Source: a virus
Lineage: Duplodnaviria; Caudoviricetes
Virus record (IMG/VR): IMGVR_UViG_3300010048_000006
Coordinates: 1-46,948 of that record
Length of the DNA stretch: 46,948 nt
Strand: one strand, 5' to 3'
A program made the translations under genes and the position numbers. Every line of letters starts with the position of its first letter. Position 1 is the stretch's first letter. The notes below the pieces were generated by a model that searched no databases, was not told where the DNA came from, and was given only the letters and a program-made list of their open reading frames with translations. This document shows, piece after piece, positions 28,081 to 37,282 of the stretch.

Positions 28081-30275
28081 TTGTCGATTGTACCCCCTCG
28101 CTGCTCGCCGGCAGTATCATAGTACGGAGCAAATTCCACAACAGCTCCAGGCTGTGGGGTCGACTGTGTAGTAGCCGAACCACAAACAAAATCGCTTACG
28201 GCTACTCCAGTACCAGACATATAAAGGCCAGCAAAAGACCCAGTGGGATAAGTGACATCTGTAGCCTGAGCCACAACTGTTCCGTTGTGAAGTACAAACA
28301 GATTATTTCCTACTATAGCAAGAGCCATTGTATCTCCTGGATTTATCTGAAATCCAAGACTATCAATTGAGATAACAAAGGGTCCGCCACCAATCCCATA
28401 AGCGTATACTACGATAAAGCATGTACCGTCTCCATTATTCCCAAACTGAAGTAGGTACCCATTCAGGCTTTGAGGATTCGTTTCACGAACAGAAATTGCT
28501 ATTTCATTGTCAGGATTGACCAATTGAGACTGAAGTTGGGCTACAGTCACCTGTACGTACATATTATTTGGAAGAGAAGAGCCTGTGTAAATCTCTCCGA
28601 AAAGACCTACAACGTTAATAGGTACACATTGATTATTAACAATTTGAAGACCATAAGATAAAGGAATTGTCCAATTCACTGGATTGAGTGGGCTCTCATT
28701 TGCCCTAGTAAAGTTGTCAGTAGCTACCTCAGTAAGCTGAGGAAGAAGTGCGGGAGACACAGACACTTGCCACTGAATTCGAAGGCCCGTCACTTTGAAC
28801 TCCTGGACATAAGCCAAAACATCCCCACTTCCAGTTCCAAGAGTAATTGTATGTGACTCAGAAAATCCCCTCTCGTTTGTTATTTGAATCGTGTACGAGG
28901 AGCTTCCCTGATCCATAACAGCAAGTCGGTACTTCTTTGTCGTATGTTTGTGTCGTCTATCCCCGAAGATAATCTTACCACTCGTGATAGAAGCAGGAAG
29001 CTCGCAGTAGTTTGTGAAATCAACATACTGTCCCGTCCCGTTCGAGCATCCAAGAAGAAAACCTCCAAGAGGATTGTTCGTTTGTAAATTCGCCGGCGTC
29101 CAAGTCTGAGCTGCTATTGTTCCAATAAGGTCCTCAATTCGAATGGCACTTATTCGAAAGAAGCTTCCAATTGTCACAATAGTATTACTGTAAGTAAATC
29201 GAGTCCAGTTTGTCTCGTCAAAGTTGTAAACCCACACAGCAATTTGAGGGATAACGAGCCAATACGCCCGATAGGGGTTCCCATTAATTGCGTAAGTACA
29301 GAACCCATAAATGCCGTTATACCCACCTTGACTGTTCGAAAGCTGTTTTGCGTCAGTAAGAATCCTCGTACGCGCTCCGAGCCTTCTCCTTGACCCATCT
29401 CCCATAGGCATGTCGCCTATGGGCTCGATAGACGTACCATTAAAGGCATAAACATTGTCTATCCCGAGATATAGAGCAATGTCCTGGCCCTGGTCATTCA
29501 TCTTTGCAAGACTATAAGGAGCAGCAACACTTTGCTGGCTGTTTACTATAGGCTGAAAATCAAAAGGAGCAGTCCCAATTCCTGTAGGGATAATTTGGAC
29601 AATACCTTGAAAGTGATATCCAAAGCCGTACTGTCCAAGTTTGTTAATCCCATTTATAGGTCCCAAATTGTTAACTATATCATTGAGACCTGAAGTAAAA
29701 GATGACCAGTCTGTTGGGTCACCTATACCGCTCCAATAATACCTCTGAGGAAAGGCAGGGTTTATAACGAAAAGGTGATTCCCAATCTCAGCTATGTGTA
29801 TTCCTGGAGGCGCGTTGCTTGCAGCCTGAACATAACTGGATGACTCACCATCCCAAATCCAAAGAGGGTCAATTCCTTGAGAGAAACACAGCTTGTAATT
29901 CAGAACATCCCACCCAAACAGAGCTGGAGGTGCAGAGGCAAAACCAGGCCCGGTAATGACGTTCCAGGCGCCGTTCAAATACTGAAGCAATCTTGTTGGC
30001 GTAATAACTGTTTGAATATGATTGCCAGAAGAGTTGAAGAAATCCGCTATAGCTTCATAAGGCTCACCTGACGACGGGAAAGCTGGCAACGCCGTCCAAC
30101 CAGGTCTTACTGAAGCGAAACCTTCTCGAAGAATGAAATTCTCAATGTCCGAAAACCCAAACTGTTCAATCTCCGTAAGAGGAAGTTCGCTTTGTATTCC
30201 TCCAAAAGGACCAGTAGTCAGAAATTCTGGAAACTCTTCCGAAGACAAGTTTTTACGCTCAGGTACCGAGGGCAT
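28077..30275 (-). CDS. Podovirus tail tube/stabilisation (P22 gp10-like) protein with an inserted lectin-like domain
   Basis: N-terminal PFGG...VRPGW and YWSGIGDPTDW beta-propeller-like motifs; DNFTRAN-led insert near the C-terminus. Confidence 0.6.
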   Translation of the reverse strand: MPSVPERKNLSSEEFPEFLTTGPFGGIQSELPLTEIEQFGFSDIENFILREGFASVRPGWTALPAFPSSGEPYEAIADFFNSSGNHIQTVITPTRLLQYLNGAWNVITGPGFASAPPALFGWDVLNYKLCFSQGIDPLWIWDGESSSYVQAASNAPPGIHIAEIGNHLFVINPAFPQRYYWSGIGDPTDWSSFTSGLNDIVNNLGPINGINKLGQYGFGYHFQGIVQIIPTGIGTAPFDFQPIVNSQQSVAAPYSLAKMNDQGQDIALYLGIDNVYAFNGTSIEPIGDMPMGDGSRRRLGARTRILTDAKQLSNSQGGYNGIYGFCTYAINGNPYRAYWLVIPQIAVWVYNFDETNWTRFTYSNTIVTIGSFFRISAIRIEDLIGTIAAQTWTPANLQTNNPLGGFLLGCSNGTGQYVDFTNYCELPASITSGKIIFGDRRHKHTTKKYRLAVMDQGSSSYTIQITNERGFSESHTITLGTGSGDVLAYVQEFKVTGLRIQWQVSVSPALLPQLTEVATDNFTRANESPLNPVNWTIPLSYGLQIVNNQCVPINVVGLFGEIYTGSSLPNNMYVQVTVAQLQSQLVNPDNEIAISVRETNPQSLNGYLLQFGNNGDGTCFIVVYAYGIGGGPFVISIDSLGFQINPGDTMALAIVGNNLFVLHNGTVVAQATDVTYPTGSFAGLYMSGTGVAVSDFVCGSATTQSTPQPGAVVEFAPYYDTAGEQRGGTIDN

Positions 30276-31066
30276 TAGCTAATTCTCTCTGCAAGCAAGC
30301 TATTTCCGGTAATACTTCGTGTCGAAGTTGCAGCGTCCCATTGAATATAAAGTCCAATTGTATGTAAAGTCTGTGTGTTAAAAGTAATACTTGGCGATGC
30401 AGTCGCCTGTGGCAAAGAGTTTGCAAAAGCGTTTGCTGAACTCAAAAACTTCGACATACCAGCTGCCACTCCAGACGTACCTACTGCTGTAAAATTGAAG
30501 GTAGCTGTATACTCCCAGTATATATTCGACGACGAGCTTAAAGCAAGGAGGATTCCTTGATTCGAGCTAATAGACCCATCAATCGCCGTATAAACAACCG
30601 GAGCACCAGCAGCAGGACTTGAAATAACCCCACTAGCTGTCAAACGAATAGCTTGCCCTACTTGGCTGATATTGTTTGGGTTGTACTGAAACGTAGCCAC
30701 AGGAAGAGTGACTGTTGTATTCGAAACAGTACCTAGACTTACTCCTCCAAAGAAGCGTGTCGCTCCTATAAATACATACGAGATATCAACCCAAGCCGTT
30801 CCATTCCACTGAAAGAATTGGCCTGTGTCATTCGCCAGAAAGATAATACCATACGACTGACCAATACCACCACTACCAAGAGCGCCCCAAGTAGCGTTGA
30901 CTGTTTCGGGAGTTGGTCTGTTCGCAAGCTGACCGCACAAAATCGACATCCTTTGCATGACGTCGTTTTTAAGATTGCGAATGTCTTGACCTAGAAGATT
31001 AGCCAACTGAGTATCAGGCGGCTGTGTAATATCCCAGACATCTGTAAATGTTGGAGGAAAAGCCAT
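30275..31066 (-). CDS. Tail fibre / needle-like virion protein
   Basis: WDITQPPD...QDIRNLK N-terminus; FLANDTG...WNGTAW. Confidence 0.55.
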   Translation of the reverse strand: MAFPPTFTDVWDITQPPDTQLANLLGQDIRNLKNDVMQRMSILCGQLANRPTPETVNATWGALGSGGIGQSYGIIFLANDTGQFFQWNGTAWVDISYVFIGATRFFGGVSLGTVSNTTVTLPVATFQYNPNNISQVGQAIRLTASGVISSPAAGAPVVYTAIDGSISSNQGILLALSSSSNIYWEYTATFNFTAVGTSGVAAGMSKFLSSANAFANSLPQATASPSITFNTQTLHTIGLYIQWDAATSTRSITGNSLLAERIS

Positions 31067-32641
31067 TTACGCTCCTACTAATTCGCCAGTATTTGCCTCA
31101 ACTTGACGAACTCTATCATCATACAAGCGTATCATTTCGTAGTCTTTCTTGTCTGTTACAAACAGAGGCAAGCGTATATGCTCGTTAATCCAGTCATGAA
31201 CAAGGATGTTCTGTTTCGGTTCGGTCGCTCCACGAGCAGTCAAAATTCTGACCTCTCGACCTTCTGCCACCCATCTTTTGACTCTCTGTACCATTTTACC
31301 AATAGGAGCACCGATACCAGTACTCCAACCAGAGTAATTAGCCAAAGTACCATCCAAATCCACACCAATCCAGCCATCAGGCTCTGAATCGCCTCTAAGA
31401 ATACATTGAACATTTCGAAAATCCTTGAGAAAAGCATGGGCTAAATCAGTCCTGTATTGAAGGTTTGGTACTTCGAGTCTCGAAATAACATCGTAACAGC
31501 GAGCAAAGCCTTCGCTTATCGAGCCTCCGAAGCACGATATTACTCCAAGAGAGCCATCCTCCCCACAGCTTTTCAGCTCTTCTCCATCAAGCATTACTCC
31601 ATAAGGATAAAAAGTATCCTTATCTTTCTCAGTAAATCCCCTAACAGAAACTTGTTCGACCTTCCCTTTCGAAGGCCAGGGAGGAATACTCAAACGAACA
31701 CCACAACCGAATCCAACTGGAAGGGCCACTCGAAGATCATCCCCACGACAAACGTCTGCGACGAAGCTGCCAAAGTCAGCGCGAAAAAGAGTATGAAGAA
31801 AGGTCGGAAACGCATCATAACCAAAGCGAGGAGTAAACTCAAGAGCATAAAATCCTTTGTCGTTAATAACGCAATTGATGTCGATTGGTCCGACATATCT
31901 GTGTTTCCTTAGTGTATCTGTTAACGGTATTAACAGATACTTCACTATAGGGTCTTTCGAGTCACAAGACCAAACGATATTACCTGTACACCCTCCTGAA
32001 GGGCCAAGATTCTCATTCATCAATTGTTTTCGTTCGAGGGTATGATTAAACAGACCGTCAATCCAATCTTCACCGTTGAACCAACCTTCGGTAGAGACAT
32101 CAAAGCCTTCGATGAATTCTTGTATCGTAAGCTCGACTTGACCACCTGCATGCTCCTTCTCAAACCTTTTAAGAAGAAGATGCGCCTCTTCATGACTCTT
32201 CGCCACTTGGGATGGGACGACACCGCTCATACCCCCCTCGGGTTTCAAAACGACTTTTTCGGTAGTCGTTTTGTCGATAGCTTTAACGGCGTCGTCCCAG
32301 GACTGAACACTGAAAGATTTCGGTGTGTCTATCTCAGCTCTATGCATCACCTCCTCTGAAAAACCGCGGTCTGACTCAAGTTTATCCGCGAAAGAACTTC
32401 CACCGAAGGTTTTGACATCAGACTCACGGAACTTGTCAAGAAGCGTGCCGAAGCCGGTACAATCCGCAATTACAGTTTGACCAGCTTCAAAAGAACTTGA
32501 ATGCTCAACTAAACCAAAACCAAGTTTTTCTTGTGAGCCTTCACGAATCCACAAAGCAACATCATGACCCTCCCTCGTCAAACGGAGAGCCAGTCCAGTA
32601 CCATCTCCTCCCTCACTAAGAATCAAGAATTTACTCACCAT
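31067..32641 (-). CDS. PurD-like ATP-grasp ligase fused to a C-terminal HAD-family domain
   Basis: KLESDR, VLKP, IQEFIEG, ERKQLM...GPSGGCTG, LEFTPRFGYD, LQYRTDL. Then WIGVDLDGTLA...ILTAR...KKD...LYDDR. Confidence 0.8.
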   Translation of the reverse strand: MVSKFLILSEGGDGTGLALRLTREGHDVALWIREGSQEKLGFGLVEHSSSFEAGQTVIADCTGFGTLLDKFRESDVKTFGGSSFADKLESDRGFSEEVMHRAEIDTPKSFSVQSWDDAVKAIDKTTTEKVVLKPEGGMSGVVPSQVAKSHEEAHLLLKRFEKEHAGGQVELTIQEFIEGFDVSTEGWFNGEDWIDGLFNHTLERKQLMNENLGPSGGCTGNIVWSCDSKDPIVKYLLIPLTDTLRKHRYVGPIDINCVINDKGFYALEFTPRFGYDAFPTFLHTLFRADFGSFVADVCRGDDLRVALPVGFGCGVRLSIPPWPSKGKVEQVSVRGFTEKDKDTFYPYGVMLDGEELKSCGEDGSLGVISCFGGSISEGFARCYDVISRLEVPNLQYRTDLAHAFLKDFRNVQCILRGDSEPDGWIGVDLDGTLANYSGWSTGIGAPIGKMVQRVKRWVAEGREVRILTARGATEPKQNILVHDWINEHIRLPLFVTDKKDYEMIRLYDDRVRQVEANTGELVGA

Positions 32642-33023
32642 TATTCCTCGAAGCGACTACTTGAAGTCGATGGTCCTGTGAGCTCCAGGCAGCTCGTCGA
32701 ATGATTAGAGCCTGAATAATACAACCATCCGACGCGTTATGTGCTCCAGGCTCTTTAATCTCATCTCCATGCATAAAAAACGCACCTCGACCAAACATTT
32801 CATTCTCAAGGTCTGGTATGAGGGGAATAGCATACTCTCCTACACGAAGGTCATTTATCGGTTCACCCATTGTATAAAAACCGACAGGCAAAGGTCCGAC
32901 AAACTTGACCGTTTGCATCAAAGGATTGTTAAGACCAATCCCATGACCAGAATAACCCACAGGCTCCATAGGCACTCCTGTAGGAGAGTACAAATACCCC
33001 GAGTCTTGAGCAAAGAGCCACAT
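32631..33023 (-). CDS. Tlde1/DUF2778 L,D-transpeptidase-fold peptidoglycan enzyme (candidate endolysin)
   Basis: GYSG...NNP...GPLPVGFY...GRGAFFMHGD...ASDGCI. Confidence 0.8.
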   Translation of the reverse strand: MWLFAQDSGYLYSPTGVPMEPVGYSGHGIGLNNPLMQTVKFVGPLPVGFYTMGEPINDLRVGEYAIPLIPDLENEMFGRGAFFMHGDEIKEPGAHNASDGCIIQALIIRRAAWSSQDHRLQVVASRNNGE

Positions 33024-33314
33024 TTACTTAACGTGAACCTGAAGAGTAACGCCAGTTCCAAGAGCCGAAACAATAAGACCTTCAAACCAGTTTTCAAGGT
33101 TGTAGGTTTGAATCTCACCAGCGTTTGTTGTTTGATACAAAGGTGAGATGATGGTCTTGCTATTCCTGTCAGTTATTGTAGCCATTGAGTTTCCAATGGT
33201 TCCGGCAGCGCCGCCTATAACCTCAATGAACTTGATGTACGCCTGAGGTTGCCAGATAGTTCCGGCTCCTGCTGTGTCAATGTGCCAACTTCGTGAAGAG
33301 ACATCGTTTGCCAT
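33024..33314 (-). CDS. Small virion protein
   Basis: GGAGG RBS; lies in the structural operon. Confidence 0.6.
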   Translation of the reverse strand: MANDVSSRSWHIDTAGAGTIWQPQAYIKFIEVIGGAAGTIGNSMATITDRNSKTIISPLYQTTNAGEIQTYNLENWFEGLIVSALGTGVTLQVHVK

Positions 33315-33325
33315 CTTAATGCCTC

Positions 33326-34030
33326 CTAATTGAAGTTGTACTCAATGACGCAGTCAAAGCCGTAGAACTTCCCAGTGGCTGAAGCCCCGGTAACAACATC
33401 AAGCTCAATCCAAAGACTTTCATCTGGAGAGATAACATATCCCGGAGGACCTCCAGCAGGATTGTTAATCGCTTGAAGCTGTGCCGTTGTAAGAGCCAGG
33501 TTAATGACGTAAGGATTCGCTTGAACAACGTTTGTTAATCCGTTGTTAGCAACAGGAACTACGTTCGTAATCGCGTTTGCAACGTTGTTCGCTTGTAGAG
33601 TATAGTCAACACGTGACTGCAAAGTACCAAACGCGGCTCCAGTTACGACGTAAATTGTGTCAAAGGACAACAGCCTAAAGCCTTTAACTTTATTCACAGT
33701 ACGAGGCTTCAGCTGTTGTCCCGTATTCATCGAACCTATTGCATCAGGTCTGTACAACTGAGGCTGAGCGCTTGCTGGAATACCCGCTCCACCAAATTGT
33801 TCCTGCAAATCATCACCAAATCCTGTACGACGTAGGATTATGGTAGTAAGATTTGCTGAGAAGAAACCAGTAGTGCTTACAGCGATGTTATATGACCAAT
33901 CTCCAGCAGCATTCCTTGTTAAAGGGGCCGAACCCACTGTAGAAAAGAAATTGACATCTCCCGGTCCAATCAAAAGCCTAGCGTCAGGAAACGCCAAATC
34001 CTGCATGTATCTTGACTGAGTACGTGGCAT
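33326..34030 (-). CDS. Putative virion structural protein
   Basis: AAGGAGG RBS, beta-rich, downstream of the capsid gene. Confidence 0.6.
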   Translation of the reverse strand: MPRTQSRYMQDLAFPDARLLIGPGDVNFFSTVGSAPLTRNAAGDWSYNIAVSTTGFFSANLTTIILRRTGFGDDLQEQFGGAGIPASAQPQLYRPDAIGSMNTGQQLKPRTVNKVKGFRLLSFDTIYVVTGAAFGTLQSRVDYTLQANNVANAITNVVPVANNGLTNVVQANPYVINLALTTAQLQAINNPAGGPPGYVISPDESLWIELDVVTGASATGKFYGFDCVIEYNFN

Positions 34031-34150
34031 GAGTCCTCCTTGACTCGCGTCGTTTTGGTACGACGTCTAGCTACCAAACTTGAGGGGAGTGTCCTGACCG
34101 CAACCACCGCGAGCCCAGCCCCTTCAGCTCAAAGGAAGTTAAGGACACTC

Positions 34151-34414
34151 CTAATATTGGTTCGAATCGTCCGCTGTAGGCTGTTTCAAAATGTCCGCAA
34201 CTTGCATTTCCTGGTCTGCACTTTGACTCAAATTGTCTTGAATAATGATGTCTCTATAAAAAGTAAGAGGGTTATCATAACACAAAGGACAAGCCAAAGC
34301 TCCTCTGTTCAGACCAGGTTGACGCCTTAATTGACTACACCGATACCACCAACCACAAATATCACAGGCGTGCCAGGGGTCTCCGGTAAAACTTGTATGT
34401 GAAGGATTAGGCAT
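34151..34414 (-). CDS. Zn-finger protein
   Basis: CDICG...ACPLCYDNP. Confidence 0.65.
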   Translation of the reverse strand: MPNPSHTSFTGDPWHACDICGWWYRCSQLRRQPGLNRGALACPLCYDNPLTFYRDIIIQDNLSQSADQEMQVADILKQPTADDSNQY

Positions 34415-34593
34415 TAAAGACCTTGCCTTCTCCTGTGAAATCCTCGATACTCGTCAGCTTCTTGTTTAGTAAAGAAGTGCCCTTGAACTCCACAAGCACA
34501 GCTATACCCAAAACTGAAGAGAGAAGTAGGGTCGGTTATAGCAAAAACCTCCCCTTTGTGTTGCTTTTCGAGGATTTCACTAGGAATAGGCAT
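34414..34593 (-). CDS. Small Zn-binding protein
   Basis: H...CACG...H; GAGG RBS. Confidence 0.5.
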   Translation of the reverse strand: MPIPSEILEKQHKGEVFAITDPTSLFSFGYSCACGVQGHFFTKQEADEYRGFHRRRQGL

Positions 34594-34601
34594 TTGAACC
34601 T

Positions 34602-35549
34602 CTATGGACCGTTCGATCCCCAAGTTCCTTCCCACACAGTGGCGCCGCATGAGAACCTCATAAAACTGACTTGTTTGAGCGACCGTGTGTCGAAGTCATC
34701 CGCAAAATCTTCATCAAGCTCATGCCTGACAAAGAATTTGAGACGATGTGACATTTTGTCCGCAATAGTGAACCAGGCACTTTGGCTGGTCAAATAATGA
34801 CCAACGAAGTAATTCAAGTCTTCAGCCAAAATTGCATTGATTTCATTATCCGACGTATAGGGTTTATGTGGCGAGCCGAAGATTTCTCGGGCAATCCACT
34901 TCAGCTCGGGAGGAATAACCGCGGTTCGAGGCTTAATCGAGACAGGCATACCTTGACTGTCCGGTAGGCGCTCGAACATATTGACCATCAACTGAACAGC
35001 TGTAAAACTGAGGTCCACATCAGTTAATGGTCTGTTTGGATATGTACCAGCCGAGGCGATGATGTTGGTCACACCAGGCGCCACTGACGTAGCGGCAGGG
35101 CCGCCAAGTAGTGGGTGTGAGGTGTTGAACAACGATAGACCGTCGGTGGTTACGACAGTGGTAAAACCAAGATTGAAAACATTAAACGCCTGTTGCTCTT
35201 TAACAAACTGAGCAGACCGCGCCAATGCTTTCGGGACTTGATTAATCACACCGTACTGGTCGTCTTCATAAAGCTCAAACGAACTCCGCACTCCGAGACC
35301 GTAGGTGAGATGCAAATAACGCTTCGTACCACCCTGAATCGCATCTGAGTACGAAATGGCCTCACCTTCCGGCTTTTCTACCAGAGGCGGCAGCCCCGCG
35401 AACTCCACCTCATCTTCATACGCCATCTTCGATGTTTCGACATGAAAGATGTGACTGTATTCCTCATCCCTCTGCAAAAGATCGATCCAGTGTAAAAAGG
35501 TGTCATGCAGACCCGGGGCCATCAACTGAGCAAACTGGCCACGTACCAT
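34602..35549 (-). CDS. Major capsid protein (HK97 fold, Mu gpT-like)
   Basis: KPEGEAISY, DDQYG, DGLSLFNTSHP, KPRTAVIPPEL and HYLTSQSAWF motifs; downstream of the scaffold and decoration genes. Confidence 0.88.
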   Translation of the reverse strand: MVRGQFAQLMAPGLHDTFLHWIDLLQRDEEYSHIFHVETSKMAYEDEVEFAGLPPLVEKPEGEAISYSDAIQGGTKRYLHLTYGLGVRSSFELYEDDQYGVINQVPKALARSAQFVKEQQAFNVFNLGFTTVVTTDGLSLFNTSHPLLGGPAATSVAPGVTNIIASAGTYPNRPLTDVDLSFTAVQLMVNMFERLPDSQGMPVSIKPRTAVIPPELKWIAREIFGSPHKPYTSDNEINAILAEDLNYFVGHYLTSQSAWFTIADKMSHRLKFFVRHELDEDFADDFDTRSLKQVSFMRFSCGATVWEGTWGSNGP

Positions 35550-35551
35550 CG

Positions 35552-36094
35552 TTATATAGCTAGCCCTCCGTTCTTTGCGTCGCGAGTGGGCTCGCTAACG
35601 GTTTCGTCAACTGGAGTTGTTTCAAGACTCTTTCTATTTATTCGGCGAATTTTTTCTGCTAATTCAAAACGCTTCGCCCTTTGAGAGTCCGTTAACTTAC
35701 CACCAGTATACGTGACTAGTTTTGACATTTCGATACCAAGAAGAATCAACTCTCTCTTGACAATCGAGTAGTCCTTGATATATTCAAGAAAATCACGACA
35801 CTTGTTTCCACAATACAATAGTTCGTGAGTCTTCGTTGTCGCTTTTCCATTGGCTATTTCTCGGTTCTTCACCGAAAAATGACCTCCAGGAAACTTAAGA
35901 CTTAACAAGCCCAAAATCGTAGGGTCCTTTTGAGTAATACTTACCCTAATATTTTGAATTCTCCCTTCATGTTCAATCTTCGAGGAGACACAACCTTCCC
36001 CATCGAAGAATCCTGCTATCCAAGAAGGAGTTAGCCTCGCAACAACTTCAAGCAGTTTATCTTGGGAGGATAACAAAGTATTCAAATCATCCAT
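35552..36094 (-). CDS. Free-standing LAGLIDADG homing endonuclease
   Basis: WIAGFFDGEGCV, SITQKD, YSIVKR. Confidence 0.88.
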   Translation of the reverse strand: MDDLNTLLSSQDKLLEVVARLTPSWIAGFFDGEGCVSSKIEHEGRIQNIRVSITQKDPTILGLLSLKFPGGHFSVKNREIANGKATTKTHELLYCGNKCRDFLEYIKDYSIVKRELILLGIEMSKLVTYTGGKLTDSQRAKRFELAEKIRRINRKSLETTPVDETVSEPTRDAKNGGLAI

Positions 36095-36104
36095 GTCATC
36101 CTCC

Positions 36105-36689
36105 TTACGCAACAAGCTGCTGAGCGCCAGTGGTTACGACGAAGTAAACCCCGCGCGGAGTAGCCGATTGGTCGTTAGGGTCGAGCTTAACAATCGTAAC
36201 AACAGTATTAGTCCCGACCGTAGATTTTGATTTGTCAACATACCAATGGTTGTCTGAGTCAATGGTCATACCATACTGAACAGTAACGTCAGTTGCTAGT
36301 GCCGTTTGAGAAGGACCAACCTGTCCAAGAAACACAGTGTCCTCTACAGCTACTTCAAAACCTTGACGACCGTCATTAAACAACGGCCGGCCAATGTTTT
36401 GAGCAGATGCTTCATATGGCACCGAACCAAAGACAAGTGACTGTTTTGGAGTAACCGCAGCTGTCGGCAAAACACCGAGAGCTGCAAGATTATTCCCCGC
36501 TTCCTTCGAGAAGCCTGCAATGCCACGAGTAACCGTAGTACCGTCCCAAGCCTTGAGTCCCCCGTCACCTAAAGCTATTTGTACAGGAGTTCCAGGCAGG
36601 AATACTTGAGAGGCTTCTTCAATGGTTCTTCGCATTCTCGGCTGTTGACCGGAAATGGTCTGAATCGAGTGAATCTCTGATGAAGCCAA
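36105..36689 (-). CDS. Putative capsid decoration protein
   Basis: Beta-rich, immediately upstream of the MCP; TTG start after AAGGAG. Confidence 0.6.
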   Translation of the reverse strand: MASSEIHSIQTISGQQPRMRRTIEEASQVFLPGTPVQIALGDGGLKAWDGTTVTRGIAGFSKEAGNNLAALGVLPTAAVTPKQSLVFGSVPYEASAQNIGRPLFNDGRQGFEVAVEDTVFLGQVGPSQTALATDVTVQYGMTIDSDNHWYVDKSKSTVGTNTVVTIVKLDPNDQSATPRGVYFVVTTGAQQLVA

Positions 36690-36704
36690 AGCGAGTCTCC
36701 TTTC

Positions 36705-37271
36705 TTACTTTACTGAGTTTTCGATCTCGGTCAACGGGGGCACGTAGACTCTGACCTTTTCGTTACTCGGAAAGCCTGCTGCTCCGGGCAATTCACGGCC
36801 TTCCGAATCTTGATGCTCGGTCTTACTACCAGACATAGCAATGCCTGGTTTCTTGACACGAGCGATGGCTCGTTCTTCGTTGTATTTTAGAGCGCCAATA
36901 TAATCAACACGAGCCATTTTCATAAGGATGAGGTCGCCGTAAATGACACGGTTGTCCCTAATCAAAGCCGAAGGGCACGGACCTCCAAGCTCGTCCATGA
37001 CGTCTTTAGGTTCGACGCACTCAAAGCCTTGAGCCTGAGCTTGGTTAAAACGAAGCTTCGATTCCTTCTCACCTACCGAACAGTTTACCCAACGGATGCT
37101 TATATTCGGATTTCGAGGTTTGAGGTTAATGAAGTTCGGAGTCCGTAGAGGCTTTGCAATAATATCCTTATACAGAACCTGTTTCGCTGGAGCTGCTGGA
37201 GTAGGAGTAGTTGGAGCAGCTTGCCCAGGCTGAGGAAGATTCTTTGACGTAATCGTAGGCTGTGAACTCAA
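36705..37271 (-). CDS. Conserved head-module protein
   Basis: IRWVN...GFECV...GDLILMK; lies between scaffold and capsid genes. Confidence 0.6.
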   Translation of the reverse strand: MSSQPTITSKNLPQPGQAAPTTPTPAAPAKQVLYKDIIAKPLRTPNFINLKPRNPNISIRWVNCSVGEKESKLRFNQAQAQGFECVEPKDVMDELGGPCPSALIRDNRVIYGDLILMKMARVDYIGALKYNEERAIARVKKPGIAMSGSKTEHQDSEGRELPGAAGFPSNEKVRVYVPPLTEIENSVK

Positions 37272-37282
37272 TGTCTTTCTCC

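Noticed and set aside
31067-32641. PurZ / 2-aminoadenine pathway or a true purD auxiliary gene
   Set aside because: The motifs are ATP-grasp, not PurA-like; the PurD substrate motifs are divergent and the context is structural.
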